This document shows, piece by piece, positions 12,844-25,155 of a stretch of DNA of 64,000 nucleotides (positions are counted from its first letter, which is position 1; every line of letters starts with the position of its first letter). Under the pieces are notes generated by a model. The model saw nothing but the letters and a program-made list of their open reading frames with translations. It ran no database searches and had not been told where the DNA came from. Source of the stretch: Felis catus (taxonomy: Eukaryota); assembly GCF_018350175.1 (NCBI RefSeq), contig NC_058368.1, forward strand, positions 199,022,001 through 199,086,000. The letters run 5' to 3'. The translations under genes and the position numbers were made by a program.

Positions 12844-13402
12844 CAGTTGACCCTTGAACAACCCAGAGGTTAGTGGTACCAACCCCTTCACAGTCGAAAC
12901 TTCGAAACTTCATGTTTAACTTTTGAGTCCCCCCAAAACGTAACTATTAATAGCCTAGCATTGGCCGGAAGCCTTACCCATAACATAAGCTTTTGTATGT
13001 TACATGTATTGTATTTTGTATGTTATATGTATTACAAACTATCCTTACAATAGAGAAAGCTCGAGAATTTTGTATACGTAATATAAACTGTATTCTCAAA
13101 GTAAGCTAGAGAAAAAAATGTTATTAAAATCATAAGGGGTGCCTGGGTGGCTCAGCCGGTTAAGTACCTGACTTTTGATTTTGGCTCAGGTCATGCCTCA
13201 CGGTTAATGATCTAGAGCCCTGCATCTGATAGCATGGAGCCTGCTTGAGATTCTTTCTCTTCCTCTCTCTCTGCCCCTCCCTCACTCACTCAAACTATAA
13301 AGAAGAAAAATACATTTACAGTATTGTACAGTATCATACATGTAAAATCCATGTATCAGTGGACCCTCACAGTTCAAGTTCATGCGGTCCAAGGGTCAAC
13401 CG
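12844..13402. mobile_element. Tigger2-family non-autonomous DNA transposon (Tigger2a-like) with both TIRs
   Basis: Left TIR cagttgacccttgaacaa, right TIR ...ccaagggtcaaccg followed by TA; internal Tigger2 motifs. Confidence 0.88.
13136..13292 (+). mobile_element. CanSINE nested in the Tigger2 element
   Basis: ggggtgcctgggtggctcagccggttaag head, internally shortened body. Confidence 0.9.
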
Positions 13403-13479
13403 TATATGTTTTTGTGGAGAGGAAGGATTTATAAATAAACACCATGCACTTGTGATGAGTCCACTGTATAGACGGTAAT

Positions 13480-13870
13480 TATGGAAGGAGGGGAGGAAGA
13501 AAAGACATAGTTGAGGCACAAAGGAGGCAAGGATTGTATGTGCTACTCTCTTGCCCAGAAAGAATGAAAATACAAATGGAAAGGTAAGTTGAGGTCAGAT
13601 TGGGGAAAGCCTTGAATGCCAAGATAAAGCACTTGGATGAAACATAGTGGTCAGTGGGGAGCCAATGAATATTTTTAAGAAGAGTAGTATAATCAAAACA
13701 ATTATTTACGAAAAGTAACCTGGGACGGGGCTGGGTGGGAAGAGGGGAGCTGTAGGGTGGTGGCAGGTAACATGATAGGAGAATAAATGTGATAAGTTGA
13801 AAGAAAATAGGAAAACATTTGTTATTGGAAACAACAATTAAGGCCAACTGAGGGGCTAAGGTCAAAATGA
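13480..13870. mobile_element. L2 fragment
   Basis: gaggtcagattggggaaagccttgaatgccaag and gtggggagccaatgaatatttttaag are L2-like motifs. Confidence 0.6.
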
Positions 13871-14160
13871 GAAGTTTAAAACCAGCCCCCTTATCTTTGT
13901 TACCTGCCTGTCACTCCAGAGCCCCATGGTCCGGAACAATGAAGACCGGATCGGACTGCCTCCAAAGGTGGGCAGGGTGAATCCCCATGATCCAGGTGGG
14001 TGAGTGGAGGTCCTGCAGGGTGCTGCTCCTCTCCCTTCCTGCTGCCCCTAGAAGAATTCCAAAGGTCTGAGAACCACCCAGAAAGTGCTTCGTTGAACAC
14101 ACTCAAGTAATTGAGTGAATAGCCCCACCAACAAATAAGGTAGGCAAGAATCCATTCCTT

Positions 14161-14371
14161 TAAATTTTTTTTAATGTTCATTTATTTTTAAAAGAGAGAG
14201 AGTGCACAAGCAGGGGAGGGGCAGAGAGAGAGGGAGACACAGAATCTGAAGCAGGCTCCAGGCTCTGAGCTGTCAGCACAGAGCCCGACGTGGGGCTTGA
14301 ACCCACAAACTGTGAGATCATGACCTGAACCAAAGTCAGAGGCTAAACCTACTGAGCCACCCAGGTGCCCC
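14161..14371 (-). mobile_element. CanSINE (SINEC_Fc2-like)
   Basis: Reverse-complement CanSINE ending gagccacccaggtgcccc. Confidence 0.95.
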
Positions 14372-14419
14372 TATAAAATTTTCAATTTATATACACATAT
14401 ACATATATGTATATATATA

Positions 14420-14613
14420 TTTGTTTAAATTTATTAATTTATTTGAGAGACAGAGAAAAAACAAGCAGGGGAGGGGCAGAGAGACAGAGACAGAGAATCC
14501 CAAGCGAGCTCAACACTGCCAGCATGGAGCCTGACTCAGGGCTTGAACTCACAAACATTGAAATCAAAGCCGAAACCAAGAGTCAGACACTTAACTGAGC
14601 CACCCAGGTGCCC
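14420..14613 (-). mobile_element. CanSINE, tandem to the previous copy
   Basis: Reverse-complement CanSINE with a (TA)-rich tail. Confidence 0.92.
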
Positions 14614-14751
14614 TTATAATAATTTTAGTTTTTAATTTTTCTTGACTTAAAATGACATTAGCTAACAAATCCAAATCATTGTGGCCAGTCAACATAAAGC
14701 CCTTGCAATAAAGGAATAAGCTTTATATGAATGGCATTTTTTTCTGCTTTG

Positions 14752-14813
14752 TGGACAAGAGGTCCCGTATTTGTATTTTGCACTGGGCCCTGCAAATTGT
14801 GCAACTAGCCCTA
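14752..14813 (+). mobile_element. MER45-like hAT terminal fragment
   Basis: ttttgcactgggccctgcaaattgtgcaactagcccta resembles the MER45 end. Confidence 0.6.
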
Positions 14814-14829
14814 CCCACAGTATACATAT

Positions 14830-15060
14830 AGGCTCTGAGACAGATTAACTGGTCTTGAATTCCAGCACTGACATTTGTCGGCCTTGGGCAAGTTGTCATC
14901 CTTTCCAAAACTCAGTTTACGCATCTATAAAATGGGGATATTAACAGTTCATATCATTTAACCATGAAGTCTTTATAAGGATCAAATGAAATACTGCAAA
15001 CAAAAGGCTTGGTACCTTGCCCGCCACGTAGCAGATGCTTAATACATGTGAGCTCTTACA
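14830..15060 (+). mobile_element. MIR
   Basis: ccttgggcaagtt ... ctcagttt..catctataaaatggggata core. Confidence 0.85.
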
Positions 15061-15698
15061 ATCACTAACATAGCTCGCACACAGTACATTGTGAGTGACT
15101 GCGATCGCTCAGTCTGGCGTTGCGCCTTGTGATGATGCTACCGCAGCATCGCTATGTGTGTGCTCTACTCCACCTGCCTGCAGTTAACCGACTCCCTCCC
15201 TGGGTGGCACATGCAAGCTCCTCCAGGGAGTTCTGCCTGTCCTGCTCTAGTCTGGGACACTCCTCTGGGGCCGGTCACTGCCCTCACGTGGATGGCCGAC
15301 CCCAAATAGGGCAGCCATCTTCAGTCCCAGTAACTGTGGCCAGGATGACAGGGTCACATGGTAAAAAGCATAAGGAATTCCTGGAAGGAGGCCATGGGGG
15401 ACGGCAAGCCCTTTGATGCTCCCTGGGTAGGGGCAATGTAATGAGTATTGCTCCTCCAGAACAAGGTCTGGCTGCCCTTTAAGGTGTTCTCTGAAACTTC
15501 TGTAAAAGGAAAAAAAAAAAAAAGGATCGTTTTGTTGATTTGGTTGTCTACTGGGGATTGGAAACATGCACAGGTACATTTCCTTTGGCAGAACATAACC
15601 CCCAAATCATCATCCTATCTTTTGAACGTATATGAAAAAAATTAGACACGGATATTGACATGAACTCTTGACATTGAAAGCATTACTCCAACAGACAT

Positions 15699-15870
15699 CC
15701 AACAGGGCTTCCGAGGGTGTGGTCTGTAGATGATGGGCAGAAACATATCCCAGAGTACGTGTATGCATGCAGATTCCTGGGCTTTGCTCCTAGAGCTACT
15801 GAATAACAATATAAGTGGAAGGCCCAGGAGCCTGTATTTTAATAGGCTCCCCATATTCCGAGCATCTGCC
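15699..15870. mobile_element. MER5A-like hAT MITE
   Basis: atgcagattcctggg ... ggcccaggagcctgtattttaataggctcccca. Confidence 0.6.
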
Positions 15871-17136
15871 TTTAAGTGTTTGTGGGCATGAGCAGGCAGA
15901 AGAGGGTGAACAGTGGTGAAGGTGAATTAGAATAAGAAAGTTTGTTTTTCCAGGAGAAACTTAACCTACATCAGCTGTGTTCTTCCTGAAGCTGTGGTCG
16001 GGCAATGCCCAGAAATGCAAGCTCACGGGTCCCCTGTGGTCTTGGGGCCCTGAGTACCAAGTGGCTGTGTCATCCTTGTTGAGCTCTAAAGGTGCTCATG
16101 GCAAGCAGAACGAGGATCTGGATCTGAGAGAGAGGACCAGGGTCCTACTGAAGACGCTGAAGAAAACCATTAGAAAATTTGAGTGAGGTTTTAGTGTGCT
16201 CCGAGTCAACAGGTGTCAAACTGCATCACACCTACCCTTGGGCCACAGGAAGATGTTCCAGTGGGTACAAAGTACTATGGTTTTGTGAAAACCAATTCCT
16301 AGATCTTCAACTGGCATAGGTATTCTTCCCTACCACCTGGCTGCCCAGGATTCGGTCAGCATTCTGCTGCTCGAGGTTTCTCTCCATTTCACAATCCTCT
16401 CCTTCCCACTTTAGGATAGAAAGGCAGACCCTCTCGTGGTCCAGTAGAGTCGGTTAAGCACCCAGTGCCCTGAGAACTTAAAGATGGGGGGTATTAGAGC
16501 AGAAAAAGCGTCTGGCACAATGACCCACGTGGAAGGAAATCTGTGCTTTAGCCAAAGGCCCCGTGCACTACAAGAGCCTCCCAAACTTCTCTTGTCTCAG
16601 AAGACCCCTTTGCACTTACTCTGGCCAAATGATGCAATAATCTGAATGCCACAGAAAAACAAGTGACAAGAGACCAGAACTTTGAGATGCGCCCCCTTAG
16701 AATGTGTCCATGACCCACCTCCCTGAAGTATGCAGCGGCTTGTCCTTCAGAGAGATGGGGACTGCTACCCCCTTCAATACAGTACCTACAGTATGGGGCT
16801 GGAAAAGTCATCAAAGCATTAAAGGTATTAGGGGTGTTTACTCCACATTCCTATCTATTGGCTGCCTAATTAACATGATTTGCAGCTGAGAAAATAATAC
16901 TCTCCTCCATCAGAGATAAATTGGGTCCCCAAACTGTGAAACAAAGGAGAGAGAACCAGTGATGTTTATAGAAGTTATTACAAACAATCTTCAAAAGGAA
17001 CTGCAGTGACAGATTCTGTTTCACAGCGTCCTCCCAATTCTTAGTCTCCCGAGAACCTTCCTCAGACTCTGCTGGGTGTTTTCACTGCCAGCCTGCCGCT
17101 GTAGGATATAGTGCAGGGTGCAGAATTAGTCTAGAC

Positions 17137-17457
17137 CTGCGCTGTCCAACACAGGAGCCATTTAGCACTTGAAAGGTGGCTAGTCCAGATTGAAGTGGGT
17201 TGTAAGTATAAAACTCACACCAGACTTCAAAAATTTGGTACTGAAAAAAATGTCAAATATTTCATTAATAACTTTCATAGTGGTAGCATGAAATGTTAAT
17301 ATTTTGGATAAGTTGGGTTAGACAAAATATATTACTAAAGTTCATTTCAGTGGTTTATTTTTATTTCATTTTTGTTTTTTAGTGTGGCTGCTAGAACATT
17401 AAAATGACATATGCGCTTTACATTTGTGACTTGCATCATATTTCTATCAGTCTGTCA
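17137..17457 (+). mobile_element. MER33-like hAT-Charlie element
   Basis: gcgctgtccaa start and agcacttgaaaggtggctagtcc; 8-bp TSD gtctagac 17129-17136 / ttctagac 17458-17465. Confidence 0.8.
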
Positions 17458-17524
17458 TTCTAGACTGTGGGTTGAACAGCCTTGGGCATAGGTGGATGGG
17501 AATGTGAAAGTCCAGTTCTCTTGG

Positions 17525-17574
17525 TTTTTTTTTTTTTTTAATGTTTATTTTTGAGAGAGCATGAACAAGGGAGG

Positions 17575-17618
<44 letters not shown>

Positions 17619-17745
17619 CAGAGGATCCTAAGCAGGCTCTATACTGACTGCAGAGAGCCCGACGTGGGGCTTGAACTCATGAACTGTGAGATCACGATCT
17701 GAGCCGAAGTCAGACACTCCACTGACTGAGCCCCCCAAGTGCCCC
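17525..17745 (-). mobile_element. CanSINE
   Basis: T tail, (GA)n and reverse head; TSD-like aaagtccagttct / aaagtctagctct. Confidence 0.93.
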
Positions 17746-18566
17746 AAAAGTCTAGCTCTGAACAATAAATGGAGTTGAGGAGATATGGGGCTGCAAGTGA
17801 CCCCTCTTGCCGAAAAGAGAGGTACGTTTGTGACAGTTGCAACATGTGGAGCCCAGGCTAACAGACTGTAAACCTGCCTTCCTTCTGGTTCTAATACTTA
17901 GTTAACCTCAAAGGAACTTTAATATTTAAACCAAATGGCATGATTTCAGTAGGCTGATGTATTGCTCTCCGTTCAGCCATTTGAGAAATCCTGCTGAGGT
18001 CTCCACGCAGCTGAGTTCCAGTCGCCGCCATATCCCTATGCAAGTCTGGCACAGTACTAATGAGCTGATGAGATTTTTTTTCTCACTTGTTTGATATTAA
18101 ATAGGAAAGCCTTTCAAATTCAACGTTTACAGATAGTGTGAAAATTGAAATGCGGGTTTTTGGCTGAGCCAGCTACAACAGATCCAAAGACGGCAGTTGC
18201 CTGATGGTTAGAGAACAGTGCTGCTGGCCCTCACTGACTCCACCACTGGCTTGAGTAAGTGGCAACTTCCTCCTTTCCAGAGGTGAATTACCACCGGCTT
18301 TATTCTACCATGGGGCCTCTGCCTGAACACCATTATTTAAGGTAACAGCTTACTGATCTCAGCCAAGAATTTAAAGCTTTTGGATTATGAGGCTGAGGCC
18401 AGTTGTTCTGTTCAGAAGCTGATGCCAGACCTCACCATGGGTCCCTCAAATAACAACAATAATAGTAGCAAATATTTATTGAGTACTTACTATGTGCTCT
18501 AACTATGTTTTCTCACTTTTCAGCCCTATGTGGCATAACGTGTTCTTCTTCTTCATTTTGTACTGG

Positions 18567-18710
18567 TTTTTTTTGTTTTATGGTTTTTGTTTGTTTGTTT
18601 TTAAGTAGGCTTCATGCCCAGCTTGGAGCCCAACACAGGGCTTGAACTCATGACCCTGAGCTGAGATCAAGTCAGAGTCGGACTCCCAACCAACTGAGCC
18701 ACCCAGCCAC
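18567..18710 (-). mobile_element. Short CanSINE (SINEC_b-like) inside a MIR at ~18460-18800
   Basis: gggcttgaactcatgaccctgag...caactgagccacccag. Confidence 0.85.
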
Positions 18711-21133
18711 CACTGTTTTCTGTTTTTGAAGTTGTCCAAGGTTACATAATAAGTAGTAGTCCCAGGCTCTCTGCCCAGAGCCCATACTTAGAACCACTCT
18801 GCTCTTCTTATGGAGAATAAATATCAAAATCTCAGCAGTATCCATCAGAAATAGCAAAAGATTGAAGGAAACATGGTGTAGACAAGACAAACTTTTTTCC
18901 GCTGTGAAGCATTTTCTTCAAATAAAATCCTATCCTTAGACTAAATATAAAAATGATTATACAAAGGCTAGCTGCTCCAAACTCCATGAGCTGACCCATC
19001 TCCAACACACAATGTGACCCTAAGACATCACGCACAGACCGTTGGGCCCACAGGGCACTGCAGAGCTCCTGGTGTACTGTGTTAGGAGATACAGATTTGA
19101 ATTCTCCTTCTGCCACTTCCGCTCAAGTGAGCCTGACCAAACCTTCATGCAACCATTGCTCCCATCAGGTTGCTGCACTTCCCCCACAACTGTCTGGAAA
19201 ATTAAAGTGGATCATATTGAGCTTTCCTGAAAAGAATCTTCTCACAGTGCATTTGTGCAAAGCAGAAGGCCTTGCCTTACTGGACTTCTCACCACACCTC
19301 CCTCTCTTGAGTTGATGTAATCTGCCAACCCCCAACCTGAGCTTTCACCTCTGAAAATGGCCTGGCCAATGCCAAGTGGCAGTGAGGGAGGCCATGGCAA
19401 AGATTCTCCAGATGATGCTTTCCTGAAGGAGGCCCAGAGCGGCAACGAGAAACTGGGGAAATCAGAGGTTGAACAAGGTTCTAAGGGATTTAAGGGGGAC
19501 CAGTACAAGATCCAAATGCACCATGGAAATACCTCTATAGGCCAAAGCTTCTACCACAAGACTAAGGAATTTCTTTGCCCCCTATGACCAGCCACACACC
19601 TCTTTCCTCAATTTCTCCAAGAAGCTTAATCAAGAAGAGGATTCCATGGACTTTGGAGAAAGGATACTTTTTCAAAAAAGCAGTACTTCAATAGAAAGCA
19701 TATATGGATGTATGGTGAGGGAAGGCTTTTAAGAAAGCTTAGAATTAAGGAGAGTCTTCTCCTTAGCTGAGGAGCTTGTAGAAGAGAATGATTAGAACAG
19801 CCACGAGATTTTCATTCTACTACTGTTGTCCCTGTGCTGGGCTGTCCTATCTCAGGCCAAATTAGGACGAGAAGGATTTGCTATGAAGTGTCTTCCATGT
19901 GGTTGGGCTCAAGGTTGTCAAAGCCACAAAAATAAACAAATAAATAAAATCTTAAGACATGGCCTTTGATTTGACGGGCTTATTGGGAATTTACACATAG
20001 AAAACTGAAACCATTCAGGACAATCCAAAGAGCTGCTGATCCGTCTCTAGGGTAGCCGTGCTGTCCTTCAGACAGGGCACAAAACCATTCTTCAGAAGGT
20101 TTTCAGACTCTGTGCAAAAGAGATAGACAGTTGTGCAGTGTGTGTTAGGGGTTTCAAAACATCTGTTTTCTTAGGGTGCACATACATGCTGGTTCCGTCA
20201 TGGGTCACCCCAGCTTCTCCTGGACAGGGCACCCTTTTTGTGGATCTTATTAACTCTTCTGGGTCTGTCACATCTTACTTTTCAAAGAATTACTATCAGC
20301 CGTAGTACATATCTGTCTGTACATGTTTTCATGAACTTACCTAAACCTTGAAGCTTTAACTTTCAAATAACATACTAGGTTTGATGTAAATAGGGGGAGG
20401 AAACGTGTGTTAGCCTGTTGTCAATATGCCGTGCTGAAAGCATTTCCCAACACATGTCAACTCTGCAACTCACTTAACTTTTCCAGATGTGGCTGGATGG
20501 GCTGCCGAGTCGGTGACATTGCAGATGGATGGCCACAGCCCACTGTAGGCAGATGAACATGGGTACCTTTGAAGTGATGGGGTGACTCTTCTCATCTATT
20601 AGCCAGAAGGAAAAGCTATTTTCTTCTGTTGAGTCCTTGGCTCATTCCCACCTCAAGAAGACCATATAATTAGCATACATCAGCACTTCGAACTGGGGTC
20701 TGGGGCTCTCATTCCTATCCACTGGGCCTGTAGCCGGCAGCCCCAGTGGAGTCAAAATAAAACTGATGTCAAGGAGAGTTATAGGCTGTTCTTTTACTTA
20801 CATGCTGTTCGTGTATGTGAGAAAGTAATTGCAGTTAACCTGTTTAGTCAAATTTTCATCCCAATCACACAGAGTAAGGCACCCATGTCCCTTACAGTCA
20901 GAAATAGTTAGTTCATCCTGTTACATCCTGCATATAGAAATTTCAGAGTATAATAGATCTCACCCTCCAGAGAGGAAAATAACAATTGGAAATACAAAGA
21001 TGAGAAAGAGCTCTTTATCTTCCTTCTTCCTGGCGGATAAAGGTAGTAAAAGAGTTTTCTGGTTTTTTTTTTTTTCAGTAGGATGGACTGAACTTTGGCA
21101 TCATGGTGGCATTGGTGTAAAATATTCCCTGTT

Positions 21134-21266
21134 GGGGCACCCAGTGGCTCAGTTGGTTAAGCACGTAACTCTTGATTTTGGCTCAGATCATGATTTCACA
21201 GTTTGTGAGTTTGAGCCCCACATCGAGCTCCACGCTGCTGTTGCTGGTGTGGAGCCTGCTTAGGGT

Positions 21267-21315
<49 letters not shown>

Positions 21316-21406
21316 ACCCCTCCCTTGCACTCTGTCTCTCTCTCTCTCTCAAAATGAAATGAAATGAAATGAAATGAAATGAAATGAAATGATATGAAAT
21401 GAAATG
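21134..21406 (+). mobile_element. CanSINE with (CT)n and a (GAAAT)n tail
   Basis: Head ggggcacccagtggctcag; TSD aaatattccctg on both sides. Confidence 0.93.
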
Positions 21407-22339
21407 AAATATTCCCTGCTATTAAGTATTTAGGCAAGTTATTGAACCTCTAGAAAACTTGGTGTCATCACTGAGAAATTTGGGGTAATGCTTGCCTTGC
21501 AGAGATAGGGCAAGAGTAAAGATCACAAACGTAAAGCCATGGCATAATACTTGCCATGTAATAGGTCCTTGGTATTTATAACCATTTGTAACAATATAAT
21601 GGAAATCATTTTTTCTTCTAGTTCAGTATACAATACATGAAGCTAGTAATTAATGAGCCTGTAGGAATCTGATCATTTAGAATCTATGTGTGCAGGCTGA
21701 CACAAGGTCCCTAACACAGAATTTGGTAGGTCTGGTGGCCAAGACAAGGAGGGTTGTCTTGTCCCAGCCCTTTTCTCAGATTGACAATAAATTAAAATCT
21801 ATATGTGCAAACAACTGATTATGGAAACTCAATTGTTAAAAACAATCTTATACCTCATTGAAAGATTCACTACAGAGTGGTTTTCTTAAGGGGCAAGATG
21901 TTCCCCCAAGTGCCTTACAATTTTAATATTATTTTATTTTGACAAAGCCAGGACCCAGGCAGTTTTTAGGACACATCTGTGATCTCTAAACTCAAAAGTA
22001 ATGCCAAGGAGTATAGTGAAGTTTCATAAAGACCTAAGGAATCAAAATGAGAAAACAGTTTCAGCAGCATAGTTAGTAAAATTACTTTTTTTCTTCTGGT
22101 TTCCTGCAGAACATTAATTGAGCTTATCAGATAATATAGGTCCCTGTCCAAAGCATTTTGTGTTTAAGGCAGGATGGCAGTGTGGCTATCTCAGCTTCTT
22201 CAATTAGATAACAGGACTTAACAATTATACTTCTCTCCTCTGTGAAATCATAGAATTACTGAATATAGAATTGGAAAGGAATAGAAAAATCTAGCAATCT
22301 AGCCCAGCATGTTCAATTTAGGTAAGAAAACTGATAGCT

Positions 22340-22660
22340 GTGTTCTTTGCTTATTATTATTTTCCCCCCTACCCCTCTCCCCTCCATGCCCCATAGGCTT
22401 GGCCATGTGATCTGCATTGGCCAATGGGATGTGGGTGGATATGGCATTTGCTTCAGAGCAGAAACATTAAATGCAATGCGTGGCTTGTCTGGGTCCAAGC
22501 ATATCCTGGCTCACCTTCACTCTGATTTTTAGAGTGAAGCAGAACAGTAACCAACCCATATGCCTATGTAACATGAGCAAGAAATAAGTGTTCTCCTAAA
22601 TTCCTTAGATATTAGGGTTGCTTGTTCCATAGCATAACCTAGTAAGAGCTGACTAATACA
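22340..22660 (+). mobile_element. Old MaLR LTR (MLT1H/I-like)
   Basis: ggcttggccatgtga...ttggccaatgggatgtggg, ending gctgactaataca. Confidence 0.75.
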
Positions 22661-23654
22661 ATGACTCAGAAAGTTGAAGTGATTCACCCAAATCACATAG
22701 ACACTTTGTTACACAGCTTGGGCTATATTACAAATATCCTGCTTAGAAGTTTTCTAGTATGCTTCAGGTTACAGGGTATATTCCTGGAACCTGGTAGTGT
22801 TTGGCACAAGCTAAATACTCAGTATTTGTTTATATGAACAAAGCAATGACTGAAGGAAATAAGGACTGAAAGTTCCATTGAGCTGCCTTGCTCTATGAAA
22901 CAGTATTTAGTTTAGTACTTCCATTACTATTAACCCCAAGTATCTTGTGGCATCAACTGTGGGTCTAGCACGTGTGAGGTGTTTAAGAAGCATTATATTT
23001 ACTTATCATGCAATCCAACAGGGCAGGTATTTTTAGTCTTAGTATCTCGCCCAGTCATAGAACAAGTAACTAACAGAAACAGAAAGAGCTAAGGTTGTTC
23101 TAACTCCAAACCCGGGTGCTCTCCACTGCTTCACAGTTTCTTTGCTGGACGTAAATTACAGCTTGGGTCATTTGCCAACAATTGAAATATGCAGCTTGTG
23201 TCAAAGCAGGTCCCCTCATGGTCATAAGCTGGCAGAGCTGCTCATGCGGTCTGTGGGCAGCCGCTGGCCCACAGATCACGCTTGGGCCCAAGATGCTGAT
23301 TCCTTCAGTCCTCAGAGAATAGGATTGGTGTGTGGTCTGGAGCCAGCCCCCTTTACTGAAGAGCAACCTCATAAGTTTATCCCTGTATGATATGCATATG
23401 ATATGCAAATATTATCATTTTCTGTATGTGCCATGGCATGAAAAAGAGAAGTCCTGGGTGAGAAGCAGTGGTTCCAGATTAATCTAGAAACTTCCTGAGA
23501 GCATAGGTTTTAGAAAACTTTTTTGTAAGCCAAATTTTTCTTTCTTTCTTCTTCTTCTTCTTTTTTTTTTTTTTTTTTTTTTTTTTGTAAGCCAAATTTC
23601 TAATGAACCCTGCTCTACTACTTTGTCTCCTGCATTTTCCATTTGTGGTGAATC

Positions 23655-23811
23655 TCTTTCCTTTCTTGTCTTTCTTTTTCCTTCCTTCCTTCCTTCCTTC
23701 CTTCCTTCCTTCCTTCCTGTCTCTTTCTTTCTTTCTTTCTTTTTTCCTTCTCTTTCTTTCTCTTTCTTTTTTCTTTCTTTCTTTCTTTCTTTTTTTTTTT
23801 TTTTTTTTTTT

Positions 23812-23847
<36 letters not shown>

Positions 23848-23953
23848 TTTCTTTCTTTCTTTCTTTCTCTTTCTTTCTTTCTTTCTTTCTTTTTCTTTCC
23901 TTCTCTTTCTTTCTTTCTTTTTTCCTTCTCTTTCTTTCTCTTTCTTTCTTTTT

Positions 23954-23999
<46 letters not shown>

Positions 24000-24002
24000 T
24001 TT

Positions 24003-24038
<36 letters not shown>

Positions 24039-24056
24039 TTTCCTTCTCTTTCTTTC

Positions 24057-24092
<36 letters not shown>

Positions 24093-24156
24093 TTTCTTTC
24101 CTTCTCTTTCTTTCTTTCTTTCTTTCTTTTTCCTTCTCTTTCCTTCTCTTTCTTTT

Positions 24157-24200
<44 letters not shown>
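23655..24200. repeat. ~545-bp compound (TTCC)n/(TTTC)n polypyrimidine microsatellite
   Basis: Read directly; almost purely C/T on the + strand. Confidence 0.97.
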
Positions 24201-24255
24201 GGAGTTGTCTGTAAATCACCTCCACTTTGCAGAGTAAGTCAAAAAATAGATGGAG

Positions 24256-24500
24256 AGGTGCCTGTGGGTGGCTTAGTTGGTTGAGTGGCGGACTTCAGCT
24301 CAGGTCATGATCTCGCAGTTCATGAGTTTGAGCCCAAACCAGGCTCTCTGCTGTCAGTGCAGAGCCTGCTTTGGATCCTCTGTCTTCCCCTCTCTCTGCC
24401 CCTCCCCTGCTTACTCTCTCTCTCTCTCTCTCTCTCTCTCAAAATACATACATACATACATACATACATACATAAAACATTAAAGAAAAATTTTAAAAAA
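24256..24500 (+). mobile_element. CanSINE with a (CATA)n tail
   Basis: CanSINE body; TSD aatagatgga on both sides. Confidence 0.92.
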
Positions 24501-24587
24501 GAATAGATGGATAGATGGATGGATGAACTATCAAGGTCAAAAGCAATTGAGGCAAGTTTTTACTGCACTTAAAATAAGCTTGTTTAG

Positions 24588-25023
24588 GTAGAAGCAACCC
24601 AAATGTCCATTGACAGATAAATGGATACACAAAATCTGATATATATGCACAATGAAATGTTATTCAGCCTTAAAAAAGAATGAGATATTGTCACATGCTA
24701 CAACGTGGATGAACCTTGAGGACCTTATGTTAAGTAAAATAAGCTAGTCAGGAAAAGATAAATACTGCCTGATACTACTTATGTGAAATACCTGGAGTAA
24801 AGTCACAGAGACATAAAGTAGAATGGTGGTTGCCAGGGGTTGGTAGGAAAAGGAAAGTGGGAAGTTGTTTATGGGTACAGAGTTTCAGTTTTGCAACATG
24901 AAAAAGTTCTGGAGATTGGCTGTGCACCACGTGAATGTACTTAACACTGCTGAACTGTACATTTAAAAGTAGTTAACATGGCGAATTTTATTTTCTGTGT
25001 ATTTTACCACAATTAAAAAAAAA
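24588..25023 (+). mobile_element. L1MB-like 3' end
   Basis: gaagcaacccaaatgtccattgacagataaatggata ... ttttaccacaattaaaaaa. Confidence 0.88.
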
Positions 25024-25155
25024 GAATTTATAGTGAAAGTGAGCTTCTTTACTCTGAACAAAGGCTTTGGTTATAGGCTTGGAAGTGTGGAGGATATACT
25101 ACCTGACTGCTAGGCTGCTTTTGGCATTGGTTCTTCCTACGTTATGCCTTCCGAC

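Noticed and set aside
20140..20530. Possible ancient hAT-type transposon remnant
   Set aside because: Suggestive motifs only; I could not assign termini or a family with confidence.
21352..21410. Satellite DNA or CRISPR-like array
   Set aside because: Short pentamer microsatellite inside a SINE tail with no spacers. No CRISPR-like repeat-spacer structure was seen anywhere in the window.
23479..24237. Three ORFs of 203-248 aa (K/E/R-rich or F/L/S-rich)
   Set aside because: They are translations of the (TTTC)n microsatellite, which lacks stop codons by composition.
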